A stretch of DNA of 24,942 nt, taken from contig MU058528.1 of assembly GCA_013265495.1 (NCBI GenBank), forward strand, positions 310,001 to 334,942, in the 5' to 3' direction. A program made the position numbers and the translations under genes. Positions 1-10,632 of this stretch are shown here, in pieces. Source of the DNA: Vicugna vicugna. Lineage: Eukaryota. Each line of letters opens with the position of its first letter. The stretch's first letter is position 1. Under the pieces are notes generated by a model. The model saw nothing but the letters and a program-made list of their open reading frames with translations, was not told the DNA's origin and did not search any database.

Positions 1-241
1 GTGTCTATATTTTTTGCCATGCTGGCTGGCTGGTTTATTTGACTAATCTAGTATATTCTCCAGTGGCCTTTGAAAGTTTGTTTGTTTTTTTTCCTACTTA
101 ACATTTTTTTTTCAAAAGAATGTTAAGTAATTTCCACATATTTTTAAAACTAGTAAGACAGTTGGTTCTAATAAAGACAAACAGTATAATAGTAGGTAGT
201 GATTTGACATCATATAAGAGCAAATTAAACACAAAACATAC

Positions 242-378
242 CAGTCCAAGAATCCCCCAAAGATGTGGTGTTTGCACAGAGATGAACACAGCCTTAGACC
301 AAGTACAAGTCTTCCCGGGATTCCTACTGCTGACGTGGAGCAGAGGAGCATGGACATGGGTCCTGGAGGAGCTGGCCA
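242..378 (-). other. Candidate internal exon (137 nt) of an unidentified minus-strand transcript
   Basis: On the minus strand: acceptor atttctttctctccatcattccaaAG| (AG = plus 379-380) and donor CTG|GTATGT (plus 236-241). Composition is more GC-balanced than the AT-rich flanks. Two of three frames are open. No protein family recognised. Confidence 0.35.
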
Positions 379-893
379 CTTTGGAATGATGGAGAGAAAG
401 AAATATTTGTCTGTTTTTAGATAGCTTTGTTCTGAATTTTAAGGACAGTTTGATTATTGCAATCTAAAGCAAAAATTAGTGAAATGAAGTTGTCAGAAGA
501 TTTGAAGAATAAAACGAGTTCCACTGAGTGCTTGATTAGGTTTTAAATATCTGGGATCTGAAAGGGAAAACTATGTGTCAACTTGCGTTTGCTATCATCA
601 AGGGTTGATCTTTTATTTAATAAACAACTTTGCCCAAGAGATTAACTTTTCCTCCTTGTCAATCTTTTCTAAGAGAAGAAGTGGAAGGTGTGGAAATACA
701 TGCCTTTTAGGCCAACACAAACTGTGTTATGTACACATACATCTTTCAGCTTCTCAGCAAAGAGTAAATTGTGTTTTATTGTCCCATTTTTATCAAAGGG
801 GACCATGCAGCTTAGAAAATTTCTTTAGAAACTTAAGATCATGCAACTAAAATGTGGTAGAATAAAAATTCAAATTCAGGCCCATGTCACAGG

Positions 894-1400
894 TTAATTC
901 ATAAAAAAATATTTATTTACTATGTGCAGGAATTGTGTTAGATGTGACAGACCCAAGAGTGAACAAAGCCAGACATTGTCCCTGCCCCCAGGGAATTTAC
1001 AGTCTGGTTGGGGAGATTAGCATCAATCAAAGGATGACACAAGTTCAGTACGTTGCTATGGTAGTAAGTGCTTCAAAGGAAAGTTAAAGGATGCTACAGG
1101 AGCTTACGGTGTGGAGTTTGACTTCATCAGTGGAGAGTAGGAAGAGCTTTTGTGAGGAAGAGATGCCTGAGTTGACTCTGATAGTGAGTGCAAAGGTCAG
1201 TGAAATCTGGTCCAGGCAGATGCATCAACTTGCACAGGAAGAGCTCTTAGGTCAGGGTACCCTGAGATTAGAGAGGAGCCTTATTGGCTTTTGGTCACTT
1301 GCTTAGGATTTTGGTCTTTACCTCAAGAGAAATTAGAAGCCACTGAAAGTTTCAAAGTTGATTTCTGTTTTGAAAAGACAACTCTTTCTGCTTGTAGAAC
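894..1400 (-). mobile_element. LINE-2 (L2) 3' end fragment
   Basis: ttaattcat..aaatatttatttactatgtgcagg..gtgaacaaagccagacattgtccctgccc..tttacagtctggttggggaga resembles the reverse complement of the L2 3' end. Similarity continues to gattttggtctttacctcaagagaaattagaagccactgaaag. Confidence 0.75.
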
Positions 1401-1600
1401 ACTCAGCTGATTGGTCACATTTCCCCATTTACTTCTCAATTGGTAACTGTAGGAAAGCTTGGGGGAAAAAAAAACCCAAAAAGGTTAGCTTATGTTGGCT
1501 CCCCCTCAATGTTTCCAATGTTCAGTTGTTTGTAAGAAATTTGAAAAATGAATTACAAATGTCACCTCAACTCTTGAAGGGAGATTCCATAGTTTCTGAC

Positions 1601-1768
1601 CTTGGATGAGAAGACAAAATACTAACACTGTGACGCCGATCAGGATCTTTCTTTGGCATTTCCTGTTTGCCTCCACATAGTCGTCAGACATTTGAGCCTA
1701 TTTTTCATACAATGAACATTACTAATTTCCTTTGGTCCCAGTGGGACTCATGTGCTTGCACCACATGT
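1601..1768 (-). other. Candidate exon (168 nt) containing a possible start codon at 1691
   Basis: On the minus strand: strong acceptor tttcactgttattttttgttattagcctttcAG| (AG = plus 1769-1770) and donor AAG|GTCAGA (plus 1595-1600). All three frames contain stops within the exon. The ATG at 1691 opens MSDDYVEANRKCQRKILIGVTVLVFCLLIQ to the donor. Confidence 0.35.
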
Positions 1769-3020
1769 CTGAAAGGCTAATAACAAAAAATAACAGTGAA
1801 ATACATAGTCGAATGGTTAAAATAGTCAATGTTTCAAAATGGTACAATTTGAGGTTCTGGATAAGAGGTTGAGTAGGAATGATTTTAAAACATGAAAGGA
1901 TTTCATAGGTCCTTGAAGGGAATCTTTCTATTTAAATGTTTAGTTTCTTTTTAAAATTTTTGATATTTCATTACTGAGTCAGTCTCATTTTATTAGATAA
2001 TTTGGTATTTCATTAACATTGAATATATTTTTTTAAATATGAAATTCATCTTCATCTTTAAGAGAGCCTTCTGTGACACCAAAAAATGTAGCCATCAGTT
2101 GACTAAGTTCGAATAGGGAACCAGAATATCAATTTTCAGGTTAAAGAATTCCTAGCAAAGAAGGGCGAGGTTATAGCTACTAAAATACCCACTCCAAATA
2201 CATCAGCAGTAAGCTCAAGAACTCCTTATGTAAGCTTATGAATTACTTTCATTGTATAGTTTTATGATCAAATATTCTGTTTTCTAGTAGGACCCAAAAT
2301 ACCTTAAAGCATGGTATGAACAGAACATTTACGAGTTGGTGAAAGTTATCATTTATATTTTGTAGAACCCCACAAAGAAACGTGAATGACAATGCAGACA
2401 CGTGGGTGGTTTGGGGAAGTGATTAGACTTAGAATAAAATGCTTGCAACATCGTGCTAACATTATGATGTTAGTTACTGTTAAAGTACAAAAAATAAATA
2501 AATAAAACGCTTTCCTGAGGTTGAGCAGCTAGAAGTGAGGAAACTGCCTGCGTCAGATCCAGATTAAAATCTTTGTGTCCAGACTCAATCGGGAAGCTTC
2601 CTTTTTCCTTTATTGCTTAAGTATTTCATGAAAGAATAAGCTATATCATATGTTAAAATATCTACTATTCTCTCTTTAAGAAGTCAGATTCAGAGTAATC
2701 CATTGTCCCTTCCGCTACGAAATAAACATATTTATTTCATACCATTAGTCAGGTTTGTGTAAAGGAGGAACAAGGAGAAAAGTGTTCACTTGAGCTGATA
2801 AGTATCACTAAGAAAACTTAAGAGATGTATTCAAATTTATATGTTTTTCATTAAATTTTATTTGAACTTTAAATGTAAAAAAATTCTGCTATTCAAAAAT
2901 ATTTCACTTTTAGAATAAATAAATTCAAAGATTTAAAAATATTTACATTCTGAACTGTAGAAATATTAGTCCCTTGAAAGATCTCTTCAATTACAAACTG
3001 TTTCTGTTACTAGTCTCAGA

Positions 3021-3122
3021 CGTGCGGACTCCACAATCGGGAACTTCGGAAATAAGTTATTCCTGTACAAATCCCCCCGCGTGAATTTTGGCCACTTTCA
3101 CTGAAGTGCTATCACTTTTCAC
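3021..3122. promoter_or_regulatory. Putative promoter/enhancer with IRF-, GAS-, ETS- and NF-kB-like motifs
   Basis: Six CpGs in 3021-3081 within AT-rich DNA. Motifs: GGGAACTTCG (3039), CGGAAAT (3047), CACTTTCAC (3093), TTCACTGAA (3097), TATCACTTTTCAC (3110). Confidence 0.3.
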
Positions 3123-3370
3123 CTCTCTCATTCCCACACTGTCTTATGAAAACAAAAGAAAGAAGAAAAAATAAATCTAAGGTTAAATGACTCTTTCACA
3201 AATTCACACACGGAATTAAAACAAGAACATTTTGGGGCTATATGATATACCCCTCTGCCCCCCCAGAAATTATCAAGAAAATTGGAAATGATTATTATTA
3301 GACATAAAAACATAGACCTAATTTCCTATACATTTGCTGAAACACAACCAGTCTTTCAATAGAGTGAAAA

Positions 3371-3725
3371 TATAAGTGAACACATACAGTATTTGTCTTT
3401 CTCTGTCTGACTTATTTCACTAAGCATAATAAAACAGATGAAAGTCTATAACAAAACAGAAAGAGACTCACAGATTCAGGGGACAAACTGGTGGTTACCA
3501 GTGGGGAGAGGGAAGCAGGAGGAGCAACGTAAGAGAAGAGGATTAAGAGGTATAAACTACTCGGTGTAAAATACATGCTGCGAGGGTGTGTATACAGCAC
3601 AAGGAATGTTGGAATATTTTATAATAACTATATGGAATATAATCTATAAAAATGTTGAATCACTATGTTGTGCACCTAAAACTAATATAATATTGTAAGT
3701 CAACTAATCTTCAACTAAAAAAAAA
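3371..3725 (+). mobile_element. 5'-truncated, 5'-inverted LINE-1 (3' end) with target-site duplication
   Basis: 3371-3430 is the reverse complement of L1 attatgcttagtgaaataagtcagacagagaaagacaaatactgtatg..cacttata. 3431-3725 is sense L1 3'UTR ending in poly-A. AGAGTGAAAA is duplicated at 3361-3370 and 3726-3735. Confidence 0.9.
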
Positions 3726-5094
3726 AGAGTGAAAACAAACAGTACATTTACAATACTGCAGCCTCTTGGGTAGCATAACCTGTGGTTTCGCTCTGGTAGC
3801 AATGGAATGGCAAGTTTTTATTAATGTATGTGGGTCTCTCTCACCTCCCACTGGAATGCTTTAACTCCCCCTCCATTTTGCCTGGCAGATATTTATGATC
3901 ACAATGTGTGATTCCTCTGGTGAAGGCGTCTGGATCTCTGTGATTTGAACAGAACAGTTTTCACCATGTTCTTAGAGATGAACAGGTCAGTAAAAATACT
4001 GAAGTATTGTTGAGGAGAAAGTCCTTGCCTATAGAAACCAGTTGCAAATGACTTCATCATTCATTGCCTTCATCTGTTATTTTCAAACATTTGTTTTACT
4101 TTACTAATAATATTGTTGCTACAATGTTAAGTTGAGAATTTAATATTCAACTTTTAACAAGATCTAAATAGCATGGCAGAGTTCAGTGGAACAAGAGACA
4201 TACTATATCCATCAACAAGGTTATTCTATCTTTAGTGCACGTTACCAGCGACATGTACAGTCACCTTGTTTAATGGGTATTCCAAGGGGATACTCTGACC
4301 TGCTCTTTTTCATTTGTCCTGTATAACTTCCTTTTCATTAATAGATTTAAGAGAATATACTCCTAAAGAAAATGTGTAAACTTAGACCCTCTCTCTAGAG
4401 TGATTAAAATGTTTCCTTTAGAGCAGTAGGTTTTAATGATGAATATTCTTACTTTTTCCAGGTAGCTAGTGAAAGTGTTTAAATATCTAAAGTTAGAACA
4501 CGGAAAAATTATTTAAGTATTAAAATAATACTTCAATTGATATAATATAGGAAAACCATTTATATTCCCCAGTGAGACTGGATACAGCAAACTGAAAAAT
4601 TACATATTCCAACAATAAGAAAAATTTAAAATATTCATAGTTTTATAAAAATATACCTAGCTACTTCAAACCATTTCCCCAATAGGACTTTAGTTTGTGT
4701 ACTGAGCTGGTCATCTTAAGATCATGGTAAGAAATCTTTTAATGTTTTGTTTTAATCACAGAAAGAAGACATACATAAATTCACAGAATTCATTTTCCTA
4801 GTAAACTTACATTTTTAACTCCTAAATGGAAAAATAGAAAATTTCTTGAAAATATATGTTATCTTGTAAATACTATGTGATAATTCTTTAAAGTCAAGAC
4901 CTCTGTATCTTTAAATTTATCTTCACTGGCATATTCTGTGCTGTTCAGATTGTTGCTTATGGATCTCAGGTGTCTTAAAAACGTACTGTTGTATGAGATA
5001 GAAGATTGTTGATCACGGTATCTCCTAAAGGAGGGATTTATTTTAATTGAAAAATGTGCTTATCCAGAAATAACAAAATATAGGAAATTGACAT

Positions 5095-5228
5095 GTTGTT
5101 AATTTCTTTGAGCTCCAAATTTCTCACCTATAAAGTAGAAATTACAAAGGCAGCATCATAAGATGTTGTCAAAATTATGAGACTTCCAAACTACAGTGTC
5201 TGCTACATGACATTATTGTAGTTGTGAT
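5095..5228 (+). mobile_element. MIR SINE core fragment
   Basis: aatttctttgagctccaaatttctcacctataaagtagaaatta..tcataagatgttgtcaaaattatgaga resembles MIR aacctctctgagcctcagtttcctcatctgtaaaatgg..tcatagggttgttgtgaggattaaatgag. Confidence 0.6.
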
Positions 5229-7366
5229 TTTCACTTTCTGACAGTATAAATATAATATGGCACTTCATTTTGTTCATTTGACTGACATAAAAGAAACCAA
5301 TGCCCAATGCTATATGTATAACCCAAATTTACGAAGAAACAGTTGTCCTAAAGTACATAAACTTGAAAGACATTCTTCATAACGAAACTGCATGTTATCA
5401 TTTCAAGAAGAGTGAAACACATGACTGGCAATAGAATGTGAAAACACGCCTGCTGTTGTCTCATTTAGAAATAGAGGTAATTTTTCATAGTTCCCAAAAC
5501 ATCAAAGAATGGTTGGAGTTAGGAGTCATACAACATACTCATTTCTATAATGGGTTGTTGTGGACCAGTGAAAGTGAGTGTACACAATGAGGCAATTATG
5601 TGGACATTAAAAAAAACAACTAATTTAGTACCAAGTTCTTCTCTTTCTTATCTAGATGCTCTGACTAAAGAACTACTTCAGCAATAAACTCTCCAATGGA
5701 AGTACATTGTTGATTTCACTTTCTTTGCTAATACAGTGTTTGCTTATTATTTATTATGATTGCTGAATTACTGTTGAGATAATAGACCATGCACACACTG
5801 ATCTATAATGTATTTCAAAGAAAAACATAAAATATTTAAACTTTTTTCTTTTTTCATGTAGTTTCTTCATTATATATTTTGCCTATTCTCTAAAGGAAAT
5901 AATAATTTTAAAAACACACCTAAGGTTTTCAGTTTCTCTTTTTCATTTTTTCCTTTGTTTATTTAGAACTGACCCTGAACAAAACAGAGTGGATTTGTTC
6001 TGGTTTCCTCCTGGTTTCCTTTCCCATATATGACACTATTTATCCACAGATGCCAGAGCATGTCCTTGGAGCTGTTTTCCCAGCAGTGGTGATGGATTTA
6101 CATTGATCCATCCACACTCTGGCCCGGTCACCATTGTGGACATCACCCTGCACTCACACTGGACACCAGGCTAACATCAGTGCTCTGGTTTTGCCTTGGA
6201 GCTTAGTAAAATGAACTGTCCCACTCACAGACTTCACTCAGCTCGTCTCAGGTAAAAGGAGAGTCGGGTTGCCCTCTTCCCAACCACCTTTCCTAACCCT
6301 TCTAACAAACCATCAACGTGCCTGCGCTTTAAGGATTCCAGGGAAGTTGTCTGTGTTTAATCCTGTTCGCTTCTCTACGAGTAGGACGAGAAGGCCAAAA
6401 CTTAAGAGGAAAAGCTCTAAGTGATGTGTATTTTAAAAAGAAAGCCCAGGAATTACAACTCCATACAAGTGAGTGAGATCCACTTTTAACGTCCTCTCGG
6501 TAACGGTGGGTACTTCAGCGGAACACTGGCCTACTAAGGGCAATGATGTCTTCAGCGCCCTGTTAGAGCCGCCCCTCACTTCACGTTGCCTTGTGCCCTT
6601 TGCCTTTAAGAAATTCATATTCCTTCATTCAATTGTTTAACTTCTACATTTCCAGACAGCCTAGTCATCTGAGAGCTCTTATATTTCTGAATTCCCTGCT
6701 TAAACAATACTTAGCCAGCTGAAGGGTTCAATTAACAGACTATATATTAGCTTCAGGTCAAGAATTCCTGAAACAATAGAAGCATTATCAAGTAATTCAC
6801 TTCTCTTCTCTGACAGAAGAGTATTGATTGCCCTTCCTGAAAAAACAGATTATTATAACGTACTCATCTTTGTATTCTTTTAATATAAACATGTAGCTCG
6901 TTTTTCAACCCAGAACATGAAATCTCTTGATTCCATGATGAGAAAATATATTTTCTCATTTTCCCCTGAGTACATTTTGCACTGTGTATATTTAATCCTG
7001 TTTGTAGAAGAGAGAGATCTATTTTTTTTCCCTTTAATTGGCAAAAAAATAGATAATACTCAAACCACACCACGCTGTCACGGGCATAATGATACAGAAA
7101 TGCCACACTACTAATCTGTAGTTTGTCTGGCGTTATGCTCCGTTTCTCAGAGAGGCAATTTTTAACCTGTTGTATGGCATAGATACATTTAATCTTTTAA
7201 TTTAATTTTTATTTTACTTAACATTGTAACAACATTATGAACAATCAAAATGGGGTAAGTTTATCCAAGGTCTTTATGATTAGAATGTATTTCACCTTCA
7301 CCTTTTACATTTAAGTTGCTATATTTGCTAAGCTTTCAGTTGTCAAGTAAAAGCATTTGAATTTGC

Positions 7367-7877
7367 TGTCAACTGAAATAAAATGCACAACCTAAAAGTT
7401 GAGAGTGTATGTTTTATTCAACAATTTTCTTTAGGACTCGGGCCAAGGACACAGCATCTCAGATCGCTCTAAGAGGCTCTTCCAAAGTGGCAAGGTAGAA
7501 GCCAAAATATATGAGTTTTTGCAACAAAGACCAGGTAGTCGGAACATCACAAGATTACTGTTAATTGAAGAAAACCAGATATCTTAAGTTAAGGCATTTA
7601 GCATTTTTCTATATATATGGTAAGGTGCAAAGTTCTGGGCTCATTGAAATCATTCCTTTGATATGCACCTAGCTAGCTAGGGCCAGTATCCTGTTCTTTC
7701 CCATCTCGAATTCCCTCAGGGGCCACCGGTGGGGGTGGCTACGGAGGCCGGGCTGCCTGTTTGTCTGCATCCTGAGTTCCCTCTGCTCACTGCCAGGGGT
7801 GGTGGAAGTGACTGATGACTTGATGGCCACAGCATCCTTTGTTTACTGGTATGACTGGCAATATTTTTCAGTCGCTA
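7367..7877 (-). mobile_element. MER41-like (cetartiodactyl ERV1) solo LTR
   Basis: Starts TGTCAACTGAAATAAAATGCACAACCTAAAAGTTGAGAG..GTTTTATT (minus-strand AATAAA). Contains aaaccagatatcttaagttaagg..ctgggctcattgaaatcattcctttgatatgcacct and ends atcctttgtttactggtatgactggcaatatttttcagtc. Matches the remembered MER41_BT-type consensus. Confidence 0.8.
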
Positions 7878-7919
7878 GCTAAAGACAGAAAATTAAGAGA
7901 ATTTTTGATGGCTTACTTT

Positions 7920-8750
7920 AAAAAAAAAATTGAAACAGTTTCAAGCTTACAGAAATTTGCAAATATAATACAAAAACTTTTTTATGTCCTGAATCATCTG
8001 AGAATGGGTCACTGATATGATATTGTAACATACCCTGACTACTTGACTGCATACTTCCTACAAGCAGGGATATTTTCCAGCACAACCACAGTACTGCTGT
8101 CAGAGTCAGGACATTAACTTTGACACTTTACTACCATCTAATCCTCAGGTTCCACTCAGGTTTCCCAGTTATCTCACTGTTCTTTATAGCAGAAGGACAG
8201 TTTACAAAGAAGTGGTATATTTAGTTGTCTCATAATATCCTTCAATTTGAGAGAATTTCCCGGTTGTTCCTGCCTTTTATGATTCTGTTGTGTTTGAATT
8301 TTGTTGTCAGTTTGTAGAGTGTCCCTCAACTTGGATTTAGCTGATGTTCCTTCCTGATTAGATTCAAGCTCTGTGTATTTGGCACATCTGTGACAGAAGT
8401 TATGCTGTATTCTTTTAACTGCCTATAAGGTGGCACACATTTTTGATTTTTCCTGTTGCTGACAATATTTACTTTGCTCACTGGAATGATGTGGTATCTC
8501 CTAGGCTTCTCCACTGTAAAATTACCCCCTTTCCTTTTGTATAAATAAATATTTTGTAGGAAGGTAGCTTGAAACTATGTAAATATCCCATTTCTCATAA
8601 AACTTTCAATTTATTTAATTATATTAGTTGACTTCCTAGTTCCTATTTTGCTCAATGAGTTGTAATCGATTACTATAAATATTTATTTTCATATTCAAAT
8701 TGTCTCCGGTTTAGCCTTGTGAACTTTAGGCCTGCACTTGGGTCCTTTTA
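7920..8750 (-). mobile_element. Ancient L1 (L1MC4/L1MC5-like) 3' region, left part
   Basis: ttgaaacagtttcaagcttacagaaatttgcaa..ctgaatcatctgagaat..cacaaccacagtac..agtcaggacattaac..tagagtgtccctcaacttggatttagctgatgttccttcctgattagattcaag matches the L1MC 3' end in reverse. Confidence 0.8.
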
Positions 8751-8764
8751 AAAAAGTGCCCTTT

Positions 8765-8896
8765 GAGCCAAGAATGTTAAGTGGGGAAAAAAATAGTCAT
8801 TTCAATCAATAGTGTTGGGAAAACTGAATATTCACATACAAAAGAAGGCAATTGGACTCCTGTTTTATTAACTTCAAAATTTAACTTGAAATGGAG
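8765..8896 (+). mobile_element. Degraded L1 ORF2 fragment
   Basis: gagccaagaatgttaagtggggaaaaaaatagtcatttcaatcaatagtgttgggaaaactgaatattcacatacaaaagaa..ttggactcc corresponds to the ORF2 segment [31 protein letters not shown]. Confidence 0.75.
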
Positions 8897-8899
8897 TTA

Positions 8900-9535
8900 A
8901 TCAATATTGTTAACTATAGTCACCAGGCCGTATATTGGATCCTAGAACTTACTCATCCTATAACTGTATATACTATAAAGTTTGTATCCTTTGGCCAATA
9001 TCTCCCCATTTCACCCTACCCCAAGCCTCTGGGTTTCTACTCTCTGTTTCCATGAGTTCAGCTTTTTTTAGATTCCGCATACAAAAGAGGTCACACAGTA
9101 TTTGTCTTTCTCTAACTGACTTATTTCACTTACCATAATGCCCTCGGGGTCCATTCATGGGTGGCAAACAGCAAGGTTTTCTTCTTTTTGGTGGCTGAGT
9201 GATATTCCAGTCTCCCCTGTCTCTGGCTCTCTTTCTCACTGACACATTTTCTTTATCCATTCATCTGTTGATGGGCACTAGGGTTGCTCTGAAACCTTAG
9301 CTATCGTCCACAGCACTGTTTATATACTTGAAAGTTGTCAAGAAAGTAGATCTTAAATGTTCTCACCATATGCAAAAACAAAATTATAACCATGTGAGGT
9401 GATGGCTGTGCTAACTAATCTCATTGTGCTAGTCATTTCACCACACATCAATGTGTCAAATCATCACGGTGTACACCTCAAACTTATATAAACTTGTATG
9501 TTAATAATATCTCAATAAAGCTATAAAAAATTTAA
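8900..9535 (+). mobile_element. 5'-inverted L1 (L1MA-like) 3' end
   Basis: ~8900-9308 is antisense L1 ORF2 end/3'UTR (ttaactatagtcacc..cagtatttgtctttctct..gacttatttcactt..ctttatccattcatctgttgatgggcac). ~9310-9530 is the sense 3' terminus (atacttgaaagttg..gtagatcttaaatgttctcacca..tatctcaataaagct + A tail). Confidence 0.85.
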
Positions 9536-9539
9536 AAAT

Positions 9540-10200
9540 CCTCTTCTTTCTTTGAGAACTTTCTTACTTTCAACTACCACAGACTGTTCATTCATACATT
9601 TTCTGGTACAACATGCTCCATTCTGTATTTCCTTGCCCCAGCCGTGAAGTCGTCCATTTCTCCAATGCTCCTTTGGTTGAAGAATGAAGATTAGAAGCAG
9701 CAATCTGAGGCTTAGGTTTGCCTGTGTGATTGGGTATTGCTGCTCCCAGGCCATTCTGGTGGATGATGCTATAATAACTATGACATCTACCTACATGTGT
9801 ATTCAAACGCATGAGTTTGCACTGCTATGTTCAATTTCAGTCCAGTGCTACAGGGTTCATCCTAGTTTCCTCACTTTCCATTTTGTTAACTCCCTGCTCT
9901 CACAGTGAGAAATCTGACAACCATTATCCTTTATCTACTTATTTAATCAATCCCCTGCCTGTAACCAACCTCTCACTGCCAGCGCTGCCCCTGCCCTGCA
10001 CAGGCGCCCTCTCCACCTGCTCTGGGCTCCAACACAACATGCGGGGCAGCGCTCGCCAACACGGGTGCTTTCTCACCCACTTGGGCCCCGACAGCCACGC
10101 TGGGCAGCCCTCCTCCCCCTGCTCAGGCTTTGACATCCACCTCAGGGGGCGCTGCAGCTCCCCGGCTCGCTTGATGGCTGTCTGCTGCTCTGGGGTCTAA
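9540..10200 (-). mobile_element. Ancient L1 (L1MC4/L1MC5-like), right part, including GC-rich internal repeats
   Basis: The consensus resumes after the nested insertion: tctttgagaactttctt..ccttgccccagcc..ccatttctccaa..catgagtttgcactg..acagggttcatcctag..cagtgagaaatctgac. Three diverged ccctcctcaccctgcttgggctctgacac-like units follow. Confidence 0.7.
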
Positions 10201-10314
10201 ATTGCCTGCAAAAGAAAGGGAACAGGAAGAGGGAGACTCATCTTTGTGTTTTAAAAATTCAAGTTAACGAAGGAACTCACTGTCTGATGTTCTGCGGTGC
10301 CTTTGGGACGCCTT

Positions 10315-10632
10315 GTTCACCTTGATTTCTCACTAATAGTCGGCAGCTTACATGTATTTTTTCTTCTCTCTCGAAACACTCTTCTTTCTTGGTTTCTAAG
10401 GCAACCCCAAGTCCTGTAATTTTTCTTTCTTATTGACCACTTCCACCCTAGTCTTCTGAATTTATTTCTTTTCTTGTGCTCTTTCATTAAGTAATAATGT
10501 TCTCCAGAATCCCGTCTTCAGGCCTTTTACCCGTGGGACAGCTTCTTGAAAGGGTTCAGCGATGACCCATGCTATTCGCTTGAAAATCTAATTGCTGACC
10601 AAGCCTTGTACACCTCACAGCCTGGAGCTCAG
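10315..10632 (+). mobile_element. L2 ORF2 (RT region) degraded fragment
   Basis: cttgatttctca..ctctctcgaaacactcttctttcttggtttctaaggcaacc..gaccacttcc..aatgttctccagaatcccgtcttcaggcctt resembles DNA encoding LDLSAAFDTVDH..LETLSSLGF.D..GVPQGSVLGP. Confidence 0.6.

Noticed and set aside
6000..6026. ISRE-like tggtttcctcctggtttcctttccc
   Set aside because: GAAA spacing is one base rather than two; better explained as a short direct repeat.
6050..6251. Plus-strand coding exon (ccacAG|ATG ... CAG|GTAAAA)
   Set aside because: Stops in all three frames and only a moderate donor.
6555..6570. CTCF-like gcgccctgttagag
   Set aside because: Five mismatches to the core consensus.
9811..10200. 129-aa ORF, the longest gap-free ORF
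   Set aside because: Lies within an old L1MC-like GC-rich segment and resembles no protein I know.
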